A stretch of DNA of 43,059 bases from an uncultured Gammaproteobacteria bacterium (GCA_964605975.1 CAZSER010000002.1:1-43059), one strand, 5' to 3'. Positions 9,897-16,883 are shown, numbered from the stretch's first letter. Notes: generated from the sequence alone by a model not told the origin. A program made the numbers and translations.

Positions 9897-9939
9897 AAAT
9901 TACACTAAATTTTTATAACTCTATTTTATCATAATGATG

Positions 9940-9970
9940 AAAAAAAATAAAAGCACCTAATGGTGCTTTT
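9940..9970 (-). terminator. Rho-independent terminator downstream of valS
   Basis: Stem aaaagcacc/ggtgctttt (9949-9957 / 9962-9970) with a 4-nt loop. It is flanked by A- and T-runs, so it could act in both directions. It begins 6 nt after the valS stop. Confidence 0.65.
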
Positions 9971-9975
9971 ATTTT

Positions 9976-12900
9976 TTACTGTAAATTTTTAACTGTTTCA
10001 ATAATTTTTTGTTGACGATCTTTTGCTTCCGTTAATTTGTTTTTTTCGGACTCAACAATATTGAGTGGAGCATTTTTAACAAAATCTTCATTTTCTAATT
10101 TAGTTGATAAATTTTTAATATATTTTTCCAAATTAGCCAACTCTTCTTTCTGTCTCTTGACTTCTATTTGCAAATCCAATAACTTGGCCAAAGGCAAGTA
10201 AATCGTTGTTTTGCCAACAATGGCAGAAGCCGATTGTGGCGGTTTTTCGGTGACAACTTCAATCTCATTAAGTCGTGCCAAAACTTTTAAAATTTCTAGT
10301 GATGGATACCATTTCTCAACTTCACCAGATAAACACAACCGAACCTTTTTAACCGGATCAATTTTATAAGTTGCCCTGATATTTCTTACGGCACCAACTA
10401 ACTGACGAAACTCTTCATAAAACTCCTCCGCGTCAATATCCATCATACTCAAAGAACTTTCTGGCCATTTCTCAATTAACAAAAATTTTTCTGGCTGGAA
10501 TTTTTCATAAACAGCCTGACTAACAAAAGGAATATATGGTTGCCAATATTTCAAAAGTTCCAATAATAAATTATAAAAAATTTTTTCTTTCCCTTTTTCG
10601 ACTTTACTAATTTCCAAATACCAATCGGCCAAATCATCCCACATAAACTCTCGCAAAACTTCACCCGAAGCCGAAAAGTTGTATTCATCCAAAAGTTGCG
10701 TTGTTTTTTGTTTCACTTTTTGCCATTTCGAAACAATTGCTCGATCAAAAACTGTCCAATCTTTTTGCTCTCCCCAGTCACCTTCTTGCATTTGCGACCC
10801 CCCCCCCTTTTCTTCCAAAAGAGTAAATAGATATCTAGAGATATTCCATAACTTATTAACTAAATTACGAAAACCTTCGATTTTTTCATCATATAAACGA
10901 ATATCATTCCCTGCCGTATTCCCGACTAACAAACTCAAACGAACAGCATCCATACCGTATTTTTCTCCAGCAATTAACGGATCAATTGCCGTCTGTGGTT
11001 TTGATTTGCTCATCTTGTCACCATCTTTGTCGCGAATTAAACCATGTAAATAGACCGTCTCAAAAGGAATTTCTCCGATATTATAAGTTGTCATCAAAAT
11101 CATTCTAGCCACCCAAAAAAACAAAATATCATACCCCGTTTCCATAACAGAAACCGGATGAAATTTTTTAATATCCTCCGAAGAAAAACTTTTTCCATCC
11201 CAATCTTCTGGCAACATTGTAGAAAATGTCCATAATCCAGAACTAAACCAAGTGTCCAAAGTATCTTCATCTTGCAACCAACCATCTTCCACTATCTCTG
11301 TCTCCGAAACTTTTATTTCTGTTGGTGCTAAATCTAACTCAAAATAACAACCAGTATTTGGATATGGCAATTTGGTAAAATTTTCCGCTTCATAATTGTT
11401 CCCCAAAAAGCTAGCCATGCGAATAGAATCTCCATGCGCCACAACTAAAACAGTTCTCTTAGCAAATTTATCTTGTAAATCCTGACACGCCTCGTAAACT
11501 CTTTTTTGCAAAGAGTTAAAAGATTCAATGTTTCGTGGAGTTCCATCTTTCCATTGTGGCCAATTTTTTTCTCGAAAATCACTAAATTCCTCATCGGTCA
11601 TCCCCTCAAAATCACCAACACCCACTTCTCGCCAACGAGAATCGGCAATCAACTCCGAAACACCTAACTCTTGAGCCAAAATTTCTGCCGTTTGTTTTGT
11701 TCTAGTAAAATCTGAATAAATTATTAAATCTATCTTTTTGTTTTTTAATTCTTGGGCCGATTTTTTGACTTCTTCTACCCCTAAATCAGTTAAAACATTT
11801 TCTATTTTAGAAATATCCGAATTTAAAAAACCTTTTTGATTTCCCACAGCTTGACCATGCCGAAAAAATATAACCTTCTTTCCTTGTTTATACCAAACGG
11901 GAATTCTGTGACCAAACCAAATTTGTCTAGAAATACACCAATCATGCAAATTATCCATCCAATGTTCATAAGTTTTTGCAAAACGATCCGGAATAATTTT
12001 TATTTCTCCCGATTTAACAACCTGTAAAGCAACATCTTTCAGAGATGCCCCTCGTTCAAAATATTTATTTCCCTTTTTGGTAATTTTTTTATTAACATCA
12101 ACAAACCACTGATTAGAAGGAATAGGCTCTATCGCCGTACCACAACGATAACAAAGTGATAAATTATGTTTTAAATCTTCCTGTTGCGAAATTAAATTTT
12201 GACCTTCTAAACATTGAACTATTTTTTCTCGAGCTTCAAGAGCGGTAAACCCGAAATATCTTCCAGCCTCTCGAGTCATTTTACCTTCTTCATCAATAAC
12301 CCTGATTAAAGGTAACCTGTTTTTTTGAGACATTTCATAATCCACCGAACTATGCGCCGGTGTCACACCCAACGCGCCTGTTCCAAAAGTAGGATCAACA
12401 TTTTCATCAGCAATAATTTTTAGTTTTAACTTATTACCACAAAAATCAGCCAAAATAGTTTTGCCAATAAATTTTTGATACCGTTCATCTTGCGGATTAA
12501 CCGCTACGGCCGTATCTCCCAACTTTGTCTCCGGTCGAGTAGTAGAAATTTCAAAAGGGAAATTTTTATCATAGCGAAAAGTATAAAACTTAGTTGTTTT
12601 TTCCTTGTAATCTACTTCATCATCAGCCAAGGTAGATTGACAACGAGGACACCAATTAACAATTCTATAACCACGATAAATTAACCCATCATCAAACATG
12701 TTTTTAAAAACTTTGCGAACAACACGACTTCGTAACTCATCCAAGGTATAAGCCTCTCGAGACCAATCCAAAGCAGAACCAACTTTTTTGATCTGTTTTT
12801 TTATTGTTGATTTAGACTCTTCAACATGTTCTTCCACTTTTTGCAAAAAATCCTTTCGGCCAAAATCATGTCTGGATTTTCCTTCCGTTTTTAATAATTT

Positions 12901-13188
12901 TTTTTCAACAACATTTTGCGTCGCAATAGAAGCATGATCCGTTCCGGGGATCCAAACAGTGGTAAACCCCTGCATTTTTTTATAACGAATCATTAAATCT
13001 TCAATTGCCAACATCGAAGCGTGACCTAAATGCAATGTTCCAGTCACATTTGGAGGTGGTAAAACAATGGAAAAATGTTTCCCGTTTTTAACTGGTCCAC
13101 AATCAGGAGAGAAAAGCTTTTTATTTTCCCACTCTTGATAAATTCTTTCTTCATTTTCTTGCGGATTATAAACCTTACAAAAATCCAT
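9976..13188 (-). CDS. valS: Valine--tRNA ligase with an embedded histidine-phosphatase (PGAM-like) domain
   Basis: 1070-aa ORF. PPPNVTGTLHLGHA (HIGH), editing-domain motifs TTRPETKLGDTAVAVNP and GTGALGVTPAHSSVDYE, WCISRQIWFGHRIPVWY, DTLDTWFSSG, KMSKSK, and a C-terminal coiled coil. An extra segment of about 190 aa (aa ~437-625) carries FFRHGQAVGN and VVAHGDSIRM. Confidence 0.92.
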   Translation of the reverse strand: MDFCKVYNPQENEERIYQEWENKKLFSPDCGPVKNGKHFSIVLPPPNVTGTLHLGHASMLAIEDLMIRYKKMQGFTTVWIPGTDHASIATQNVVEKKLLKTEGKSRHDFGRKDFLQKVEEHVEESKSTIKKQIKKVGSALDWSREAYTLDELRSRVVRKVFKNMFDDGLIYRGYRIVNWCPRCQSTLADDEVDYKEKTTKFYTFRYDKNFPFEISTTRPETKLGDTAVAVNPQDERYQKFIGKTILADFCGNKLKLKIIADENVDPTFGTGALGVTPAHSSVDYEMSQKNRLPLIRVIDEEGKMTREAGRYFGFTALEAREKIVQCLEGQNLISQQEDLKHNLSLCYRCGTAIEPIPSNQWFVDVNKKITKKGNKYFERGASLKDVALQVVKSGEIKIIPDRFAKTYEHWMDNLHDWCISRQIWFGHRIPVWYKQGKKVIFFRHGQAVGNQKGFLNSDISKIENVLTDLGVEEVKKSAQELKNKKIDLIIYSDFTRTKQTAEILAQELGVSELIADSRWREVGVGDFEGMTDEEFSDFREKNWPQWKDGTPRNIESFNSLQKRVYEACQDLQDKFAKRTVLVVAHGDSIRMASFLGNNYEAENFTKLPYPNTGCYFELDLAPTEIKVSETEIVEDGWLQDEDTLDTWFSSGLWTFSTMLPEDWDGKSFSSEDIKKFHPVSVMETGYDILFFWVARMILMTTYNIGEIPFETVYLHGLIRDKDGDKMSKSKPQTAIDPLIAGEKYGMDAVRLSLLVGNTAGNDIRLYDEKIEGFRNLVNKLWNISRYLFTLLEEKGGGSQMQEGDWGEQKDWTVFDRAIVSKWQKVKQKTTQLLDEYNFSASGEVLREFMWDDLADWYLEISKVEKGKEKIFYNLLLELLKYWQPYIPFVSQAVYEKFQPEKFLLIEKWPESSLSMMDIDAEEFYEEFRQLVGAVRNIRATYKIDPVKKVRLCLSGEVEKWYPSLEILKVLARLNEIEVVTEKPPQSASAIVGKTTIYLPLAKLLDLQIEVKRQKEELANLEKYIKNLSTKLENEDFVKNAPLNIVESEKNKLTEAKDRQQKIIETVKNLQ

Positions 13189-13289
13189 ATATTTAGATTA
13201 ATTTTATTGTTTATATTTTAACAAAAAAGAACTATTTTCGCAACTGTTAATTTGACAAAAGAGGACTTTATTGTCTTAAACAAACTCCA

Positions 13290-13318
13290 TTGACAGCCCC
13301 TTAAAAAAAGATTATGAT
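13290..13318 (+). promoter_or_regulatory. Sigma70-type promoter for the DHH-like gene
   Basis: TTGACA (13290-13295), 17-nt spacer, TATGAT (13313-13318), 32 nt upstream of the ATG. Confidence 0.5.
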
Positions 13319-13350
13319 AACTAATTACTCTTAAGATAATAACCCTTATC

Positions 13351-14418
13351 ATGACTATTTTTCCTCCAACTCATATCCAAAAAATCAAATTGGCCAAAAG
13401 GCCACTAATTATTCTACCTGAAAATCCGGGGATTGACCATCTTGGCAGTGGTTTAGCTATTTATAATTTATTAAAAAATACTGGTTCACTACCAACCATC
13501 TTCTCCCCCCACTTTAAACCCTCTGAAAAATTTTCACTTTGGGAAGAAGTCAAAGAAATTTTGGGAGAAGTAAAAGAAGATTATGTTCTTTCTATTGATA
13601 TAGATGGCGACAAAATACCTGATATTCAATATGAAAAAAAAGCAGGAAAAATATCAATTAAAATCATTACCCCCAAAGGAAAAGCTCCTCAAATAAATAC
13701 GCTTTCTAATTCTTTTGATCTTTTTATTCTTTTAAACTTAAATGAAAATGAAGATTTTTTAAAAAAAATTACAAACTCTAAATATGAACATATTATTAAT
13801 ATAAAAACCGAGATAGAAAATTTTACTAAGACTCAAGTCTCTTTATCTGAAATTATTTTTGATTTAAGTAAAAATTTTGATAACAAATATTTTAATGAAA
13901 AAATAGCCTCATATCTATTAGCAGGAATGATCGAAAAAACAAAAGGCTTTCGCTCTCCAGAAATAAATTCCCGTAGTTTACAAATCGCTAGCGAACTTCT
14001 AGACAAAGGAGCAGAAAGAGAAAAAATAATGCAAAATCTTTTTGGCAAACAAACCATTGGATCAATTAAATTATGGGGCAAAATTCTATTAAAACTCCAA
14101 ACTCATTTTGACGAAAAAGTTGCCTTTGCTCAAATTTCCGAACAAGATTTTTTGGAAACAAAAGCCAGCCCCTCGGATCTTCCAGGTGTAATTGATGAAC
14201 TAATTCTTTCTATTCCGACAATTAACTTTAGTATTTTAATTTATCAACAAAAAGGTCAAAATTTTTGTTTAATAAAATCCACCGAAAATAGCAATTTTTC
14301 TGCCCTTTTTCCAGAATATAATTTAAAAGAAAATAATGGCTTTTTTACTTTTCCTTTTTCTGGTTCAATTGATTATTTATTAGAAAAAATAAAATTAGTT
14401 CTATCGCTCGACAAATAG
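13351..14418 (+). CDS. DHH/DHHA1 (NrnA-like) family homologue with degenerate catalytic motifs
   Basis: 355-aa ORF. Its architecture and ASYLLAGMIEKTKGFRSPEINSRSLQIASELLDKGAE resemble the NrnA central region. The expected DxD, DHH, DTG and GGGH motifs read NPGIDHLGSG, HIINIK, EKTKG and FPFSGS. Confidence 0.45.
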   Translation: MTIFPPTHIQKIKLAKRPLIILPENPGIDHLGSGLAIYNLLKNTGSLPTIFSPHFKPSEKFSLWEEVKEILGEVKEDYVLSIDIDGDKIPDIQYEKKAGKISIKIITPKGKAPQINTLSNSFDLFILLNLNENEDFLKKITNSKYEHIINIKTEIENFTKTQVSLSEIIFDLSKNFDNKYFNEKIASYLLAGMIEKTKGFRSPEINSRSLQIASELLDKGAEREKIMQNLFGKQTIGSIKLWGKILLKLQTHFDEKVAFAQISEQDFLETKASPSDLPGVIDELILSIPTINFSILIYQQKGQNFCLIKSTENSNFSALFPEYNLKENNGFFTFPFSGSIDYLLEKIKLVLSLDK

Positions 14419-14450
14419 CTTTATTTTCGCTATAATGATTTTGTTTTTGG

Positions 14451-14527
14451 GGGCCTGTAGCTCAGTCGGTAAGAGCACCACTCTTATAAAGTGGGGGTCC
14501 TGGGTTCAAATCCCAGCAGGCCCACCA
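14451..14527 (+). tRNA. tRNA-Ile, anticodon UAU
   Basis: Hand-folded cloverleaf. Acceptor gggcctg/caggccc, D stem gctc/gagc, anticodon stem ccact/agtgg with loop cTTATAa, T arm ctggg-ttcaaat-cccag, discriminator A, encoded CCA. A TcGACA-17-TATAAT promoter sits at 14408-14436. Confidence 0.8.
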
Positions 14528-14597
14528 TAATTTTTCAACATAAAAAAATAATAAATTGACAAAAACTACTATTTTGCTATTATAAATAAGCTTTTTT

Positions 14598-14674
14598 GGG
14601 CGCTTAGCTCAGTTGGTTAGAGCGTCTCGTTGACGTCGAGAAGGTCAGTGGTTCGAATCCACTAGCGCCCACCA
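14598..14674 (+). tRNA. tRNA-Val, anticodon GAC
   Basis: Acceptor gggcgct/agcgccc, anticodon stem tctcg/cgaga with loop ttGACgt, T arm agtgg-ttcgaat-ccact, encoded CCA. TTGACA at 14556-14561 with a TATTAT-like -10 element. Confidence 0.9.
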
Positions 14675-14703
14675 TTTTTTTAAAAAAATTTAGGATAACT
14701 TAT

Positions 14704-14781
14704 GGGCCCTTAGCTCAGTTTGGCTAGAGCGCTTCCATGGCATGGAAGAGGTCGCAGGTTCGAGCCCTGTAGGGTCCACCA
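14704..14781 (+). tRNA. tRNA-Ala, anticodon GGC
   Basis: Acceptor gggccct/agggtcc with the G3:U70 alanine identity pair. Anticodon stem cttcc/ggaag with loop atGGCat, T arm gcagg-ttcgagc-cctgt, encoded CCA. Confidence 0.9.
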
Positions 14782-14788
14782 ATTAATC

Positions 14789-14809
14789 TCACCTAACTGG
14801 TGATTTTTT
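14789..14809 (+). terminator. Short hairpin + T-run after the tRNA cluster
   Basis: tcacc-taact-ggtga followed by tttttt. The stem is only 5 bp. Confidence 0.4.
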
Positions 14810-14873
14810 ATTTATCTAAATTTAAAGTAAAAAAAGACAAAAATCAATTTTAAAAACTTTTCGCCCTTTCTCA

Positions 14874-14902
14874 TTGACTTATTTTTCTTTTTATGCTAAA
14901 AT
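14874..14902 (+). promoter_or_regulatory. Sigma70-type promoter for the GC-rich orphan ORF
   Basis: TTGACT (14874-14879), 17-nt spacer, TAAAAT (14897-14902). Downstream lie a ccctg/caggg hairpin (14927-14943) and a GAAGGAG Shine-Dalgarno (14944-14950). Confidence 0.5.
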
Positions 14903-14955
14903 TAAATGTTCCTTAAACAACAAAAACCCTGTTAAAATCAGGGGAAGGAGACGAC

Positions 14956-16026
14956 ATGAAAAAGGGTAATGAAGGATTTGTTTTTCGGTTTTTTGTCAAG
15001 AAAGCCAAGATGGCAGTTCAGATTGAATTGCCGTTCTGTGCTAATCTTGGAGATTTCTTTTCCTGCTTCCTGATTGCCCAGGAAGCCGGAAAGGGGTTCT
15101 TGGTTAAGAACGCCCCGAAGGGGAAAATCTCCATTGGGCGCAACTTCCGAGAACTGGAAGTTGATGGCGCCTGCTCAGAAGAACCTTGGCTGTTCTTTGC
15201 TAAGTATCTCGGAGTTAGCGAAAAGCCGGAATACCAACCGTTTTTTGCCTACCTCGAGAATAATGAGGGAAGAAAAGCCGAGAATGGATTTTGGCAGTTT
15301 ATTAATAACTGCTATCGATTATGGGGATGCGAAGAAAAAACCTTCCAGCAGGTTTTTCTTATCGCCATTTTGGCGATAAAAGTCCAACTTCTCTACCCTG
15401 GAGAGTTTTCTCTCTCCGAGATAAAAAGGAAGTTTGGACTTTTGAGCCCAGAGCTTCAAAGCTGGTTTGGAGCACTGGTTCAGTCCGTTGAGGACGGTTG
15501 TGCTGTTCTCCGACAAGAGGCGAGGCAAGAGATTGCCGATCGAAACGGGGACAAGTTTCTCATATTTCAGAGTGATAATCCCTTTGTCATTTCTGAACAA
15601 GTAAAGAAAAACCCCCAAACCGACCTGATTGTCCAGGAGTTTAGTGATGGACATTTTGTCCTAGCTAATCCTTCTGGTGGACTATTACCAGAACTTTTTC
15701 GGGGACTTAATGTTCTTGAAAATGAGTCCGGAAAAGTCCTCAATTGGGACGAACTCTCAAAACCGGGAGTTGGACCAGGAAAGTTTTGGTACCTCTCTCC
15801 TGGTAGAAACCTACTGAGCAACGGCGGCCCCGCCCTGCCCGCAATGTCCAGGGGAAAAAGTGACATAGTTAACTTCATTGAGCAATGGTATAACAACATT
15901 GCATTTGGAGAAGAATGTCCTCGAACCGGAGCAGAACATTGCACCAGTTCGAAAAAATTGCCCTGTCGAGAGTTCAAATTTGGCTGGACGATCTGTCGTC
16001 AAATACGCCAATCAGTCAAAGATTAG
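14956..16026 (+). CDS. Hypothetical protein, compositionally atypical (GC-rich), C-terminal 4-Cys cluster
   Basis: 356-aa uninterrupted ORF with a strong SD. No family recognised. The C-terminus reads EECPRTGAEHCTSSKKLPCREFKFGWTICRQ. Five overlapping long ORFs in other frames indicate stop-codon-poor, GC-rich DNA. Confidence 0.6.
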   Translation: MKKGNEGFVFRFFVKKAKMAVQIELPFCANLGDFFSCFLIAQEAGKGFLVKNAPKGKISIGRNFRELEVDGACSEEPWLFFAKYLGVSEKPEYQPFFAYLENNEGRKAENGFWQFINNCYRLWGCEEKTFQQVFLIAILAIKVQLLYPGEFSLSEIKRKFGLLSPELQSWFGALVQSVEDGCAVLRQEARQEIADRNGDKFLIFQSDNPFVISEQVKKNPQTDLIVQEFSDGHFVLANPSGGLLPELFRGLNVLENESGKVLNWDELSKPGVGPGKFWYLSPGRNLLSNGGPALPAMSRGKSDIVNFIEQWYNNIAFGEECPRTGAEHCTSSKKLPCREFKFGWTICRQIRQSVKD

Positions 16027-16039
16027 ATTTTGTCGTTCC

Positions 16040-16072
16040 GCCCGGATCATCAAAGATCCGGGCTTTTTTTTT
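16040..16072 (+). terminator. Rho-independent terminator of the GC-rich ORF
   Basis: 9-bp GC-rich stem gcccggatc/gatccgggc, 6-nt loop, then T9. Confidence 0.8.
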
Positions 16073-16073
16073 A

Positions 16074-16104
16074 TAAAAAAAGCTTCGTCTATTTTAGACG
16101 AAGC
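16074..16104 (-). terminator. Rho-independent terminator of the lipoprotein gene
   Basis: 9-bp stem gcttcgtct/agacgaagc (16082-16104). On the minus strand it is followed by U7 (plus-strand A-run 16075-16081). It lies 14 nt past the minus-strand stop. Confidence 0.7.
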
Positions 16105-16118
16105 GGAACGACAAAGAA

Positions 16119-16883
16119 CTACAATTTTTCAAAGACAAACGGCAACTGTTTATCTTGGACAGAGCTATCACTATACAAGCAAAAAGCAGTAACCTTTTCG
16201 GCTAAGGCATTAGTTGAAGAAAAAACAAACTTTTTTCCATAATTTAGACATTCCAAAGAAAAAACTTTTTTTTGCAAAGAACCATTACAATAATAAACTT
16301 CCCCTAATGGGATATTAGTCAAAGTTCCTTGCAAAACAGCCACCTTCTGACTCAAATTTGCCGACAAAACCAAAGAAGAAGCATCCTGTTGATATATAAC
16401 CACCTTCCAGAGCCCCTCATAATCACAACAAGGATAATCCATACAGGTTTGTGATTCTGGTTCAAAATATCTCTCGGCCGAACAAAAACTAACACAACTT
16501 TCTCCATCCCAATAATATCCCAAATCACAAACTATCATAGTATCAATTTCCATAATAATATCATTCTCTAAAAAATCTTCATTAACCTCAGAAATTAATT
16601 CTTCATCAACTTCAAAAATGTCAAAATCTTTTTCTTGCTTAATTTCTAAAATATCATTAAAGAGAACTTCTTTACTTTCAAAAAAATCATCTACCCCAAC
16701 ATGATTATCTAAACTATATTCATCCGGTAAAATTACCCCATCAAGGGAACCTTCAAAATCAATATTCTGAATATTATCATTATTTTTAGAAATTACAGAA
16801 TCTTCTTCTCCCCAAAGAACATGAAAAGAACACCCGACAAAAATAACCGAGCAAAAAAACAAAATAATATACCCATTTTTCAT
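16119..16883 (-). CDS. Putative secreted lipoprotein, acidic N-terminal half and Cys-rich C-terminal half
   Basis: 254-aa ORF. The N-terminus MKNGYIILFFCSVIFVGCSF looks like a signal peptide with a lipobox-like VGC. The middle is D/E-rich. A cysteine cluster follows: CDLGYYWDGESCVSFCSAERYFEPESQTCMDYPCCDY. Confidence 0.55.
   Translation of the reverse strand: MKNGYIILFFCSVIFVGCSFHVLWGEEDSVISKNNDNIQNIDFEGSLDGVILPDEYSLDNHVGVDDFFESKEVLFNDILEIKQEKDFDIFEVDEELISEVNEDFLENDIIMEIDTMIVCDLGYYWDGESCVSFCSAERYFEPESQTCMDYPCCDYEGLWKVVIYQQDASSLVLSANLSQKVAVLQGTLTNIPLGEVYYCNGSLQKKVFSLECLNYGKKFVFSSTNALAEKVTAFCLYSDSSVQDKQLPFVFEKL

Noticed and set aside
11100-11285. 61-aa same-strand, alternate-frame ORF inside valS.
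   Set aside because: It is embedded in the well-supported valS frame and has no independent start signals.
3069-13350. T-box riboswitch leaders upstream of argS, tyrS and valS.
   Set aside because: The upstream non-coding regions are too short for a T-box: 16 nt for argS, about 85 nt between the tyrS ATG and the neighbouring terminator, and about 100 nt for valS. I saw no T-box consensus (AAnnnGGGTGGTACCGCG-like) motif.
14940-16120. The GC-rich island next to tRNAs might be a large structured ncRNA (GOLLD/ROOL-like) and not a gene.
   Set aside because: A single 1071-nt frame stays open across the whole island and is preceded by a good SD/ATG. That is very unlikely by chance even at about 50% GC. 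Protein coding is the simpler explanation.
14782-16120. A genomic island integrated at tRNA-Ala with att repeats or an integrase.
   Set aside because: No integrase or recombinase ORF is present. I could not find a copy of the tRNA-Ala 3' end (…ggttcgagccctgtagggtccacca) downstream. Only compositional evidence remains.
15074-16192. Five overlapping ORFs of 66-136 aa on both strands within or next to the GC-rich gene: 15074-15379 +, 15319-15654 -, 15567-15977 -, 15811-16011 -, 15878-16192 +.
   Set aside because: They overlap the 356-aa ORF, which has a promoter, SD and terminator. Their existence is best explained by the scarcity of stop codons in GC-rich sequence. I use them only as evidence of compositional anomaly.
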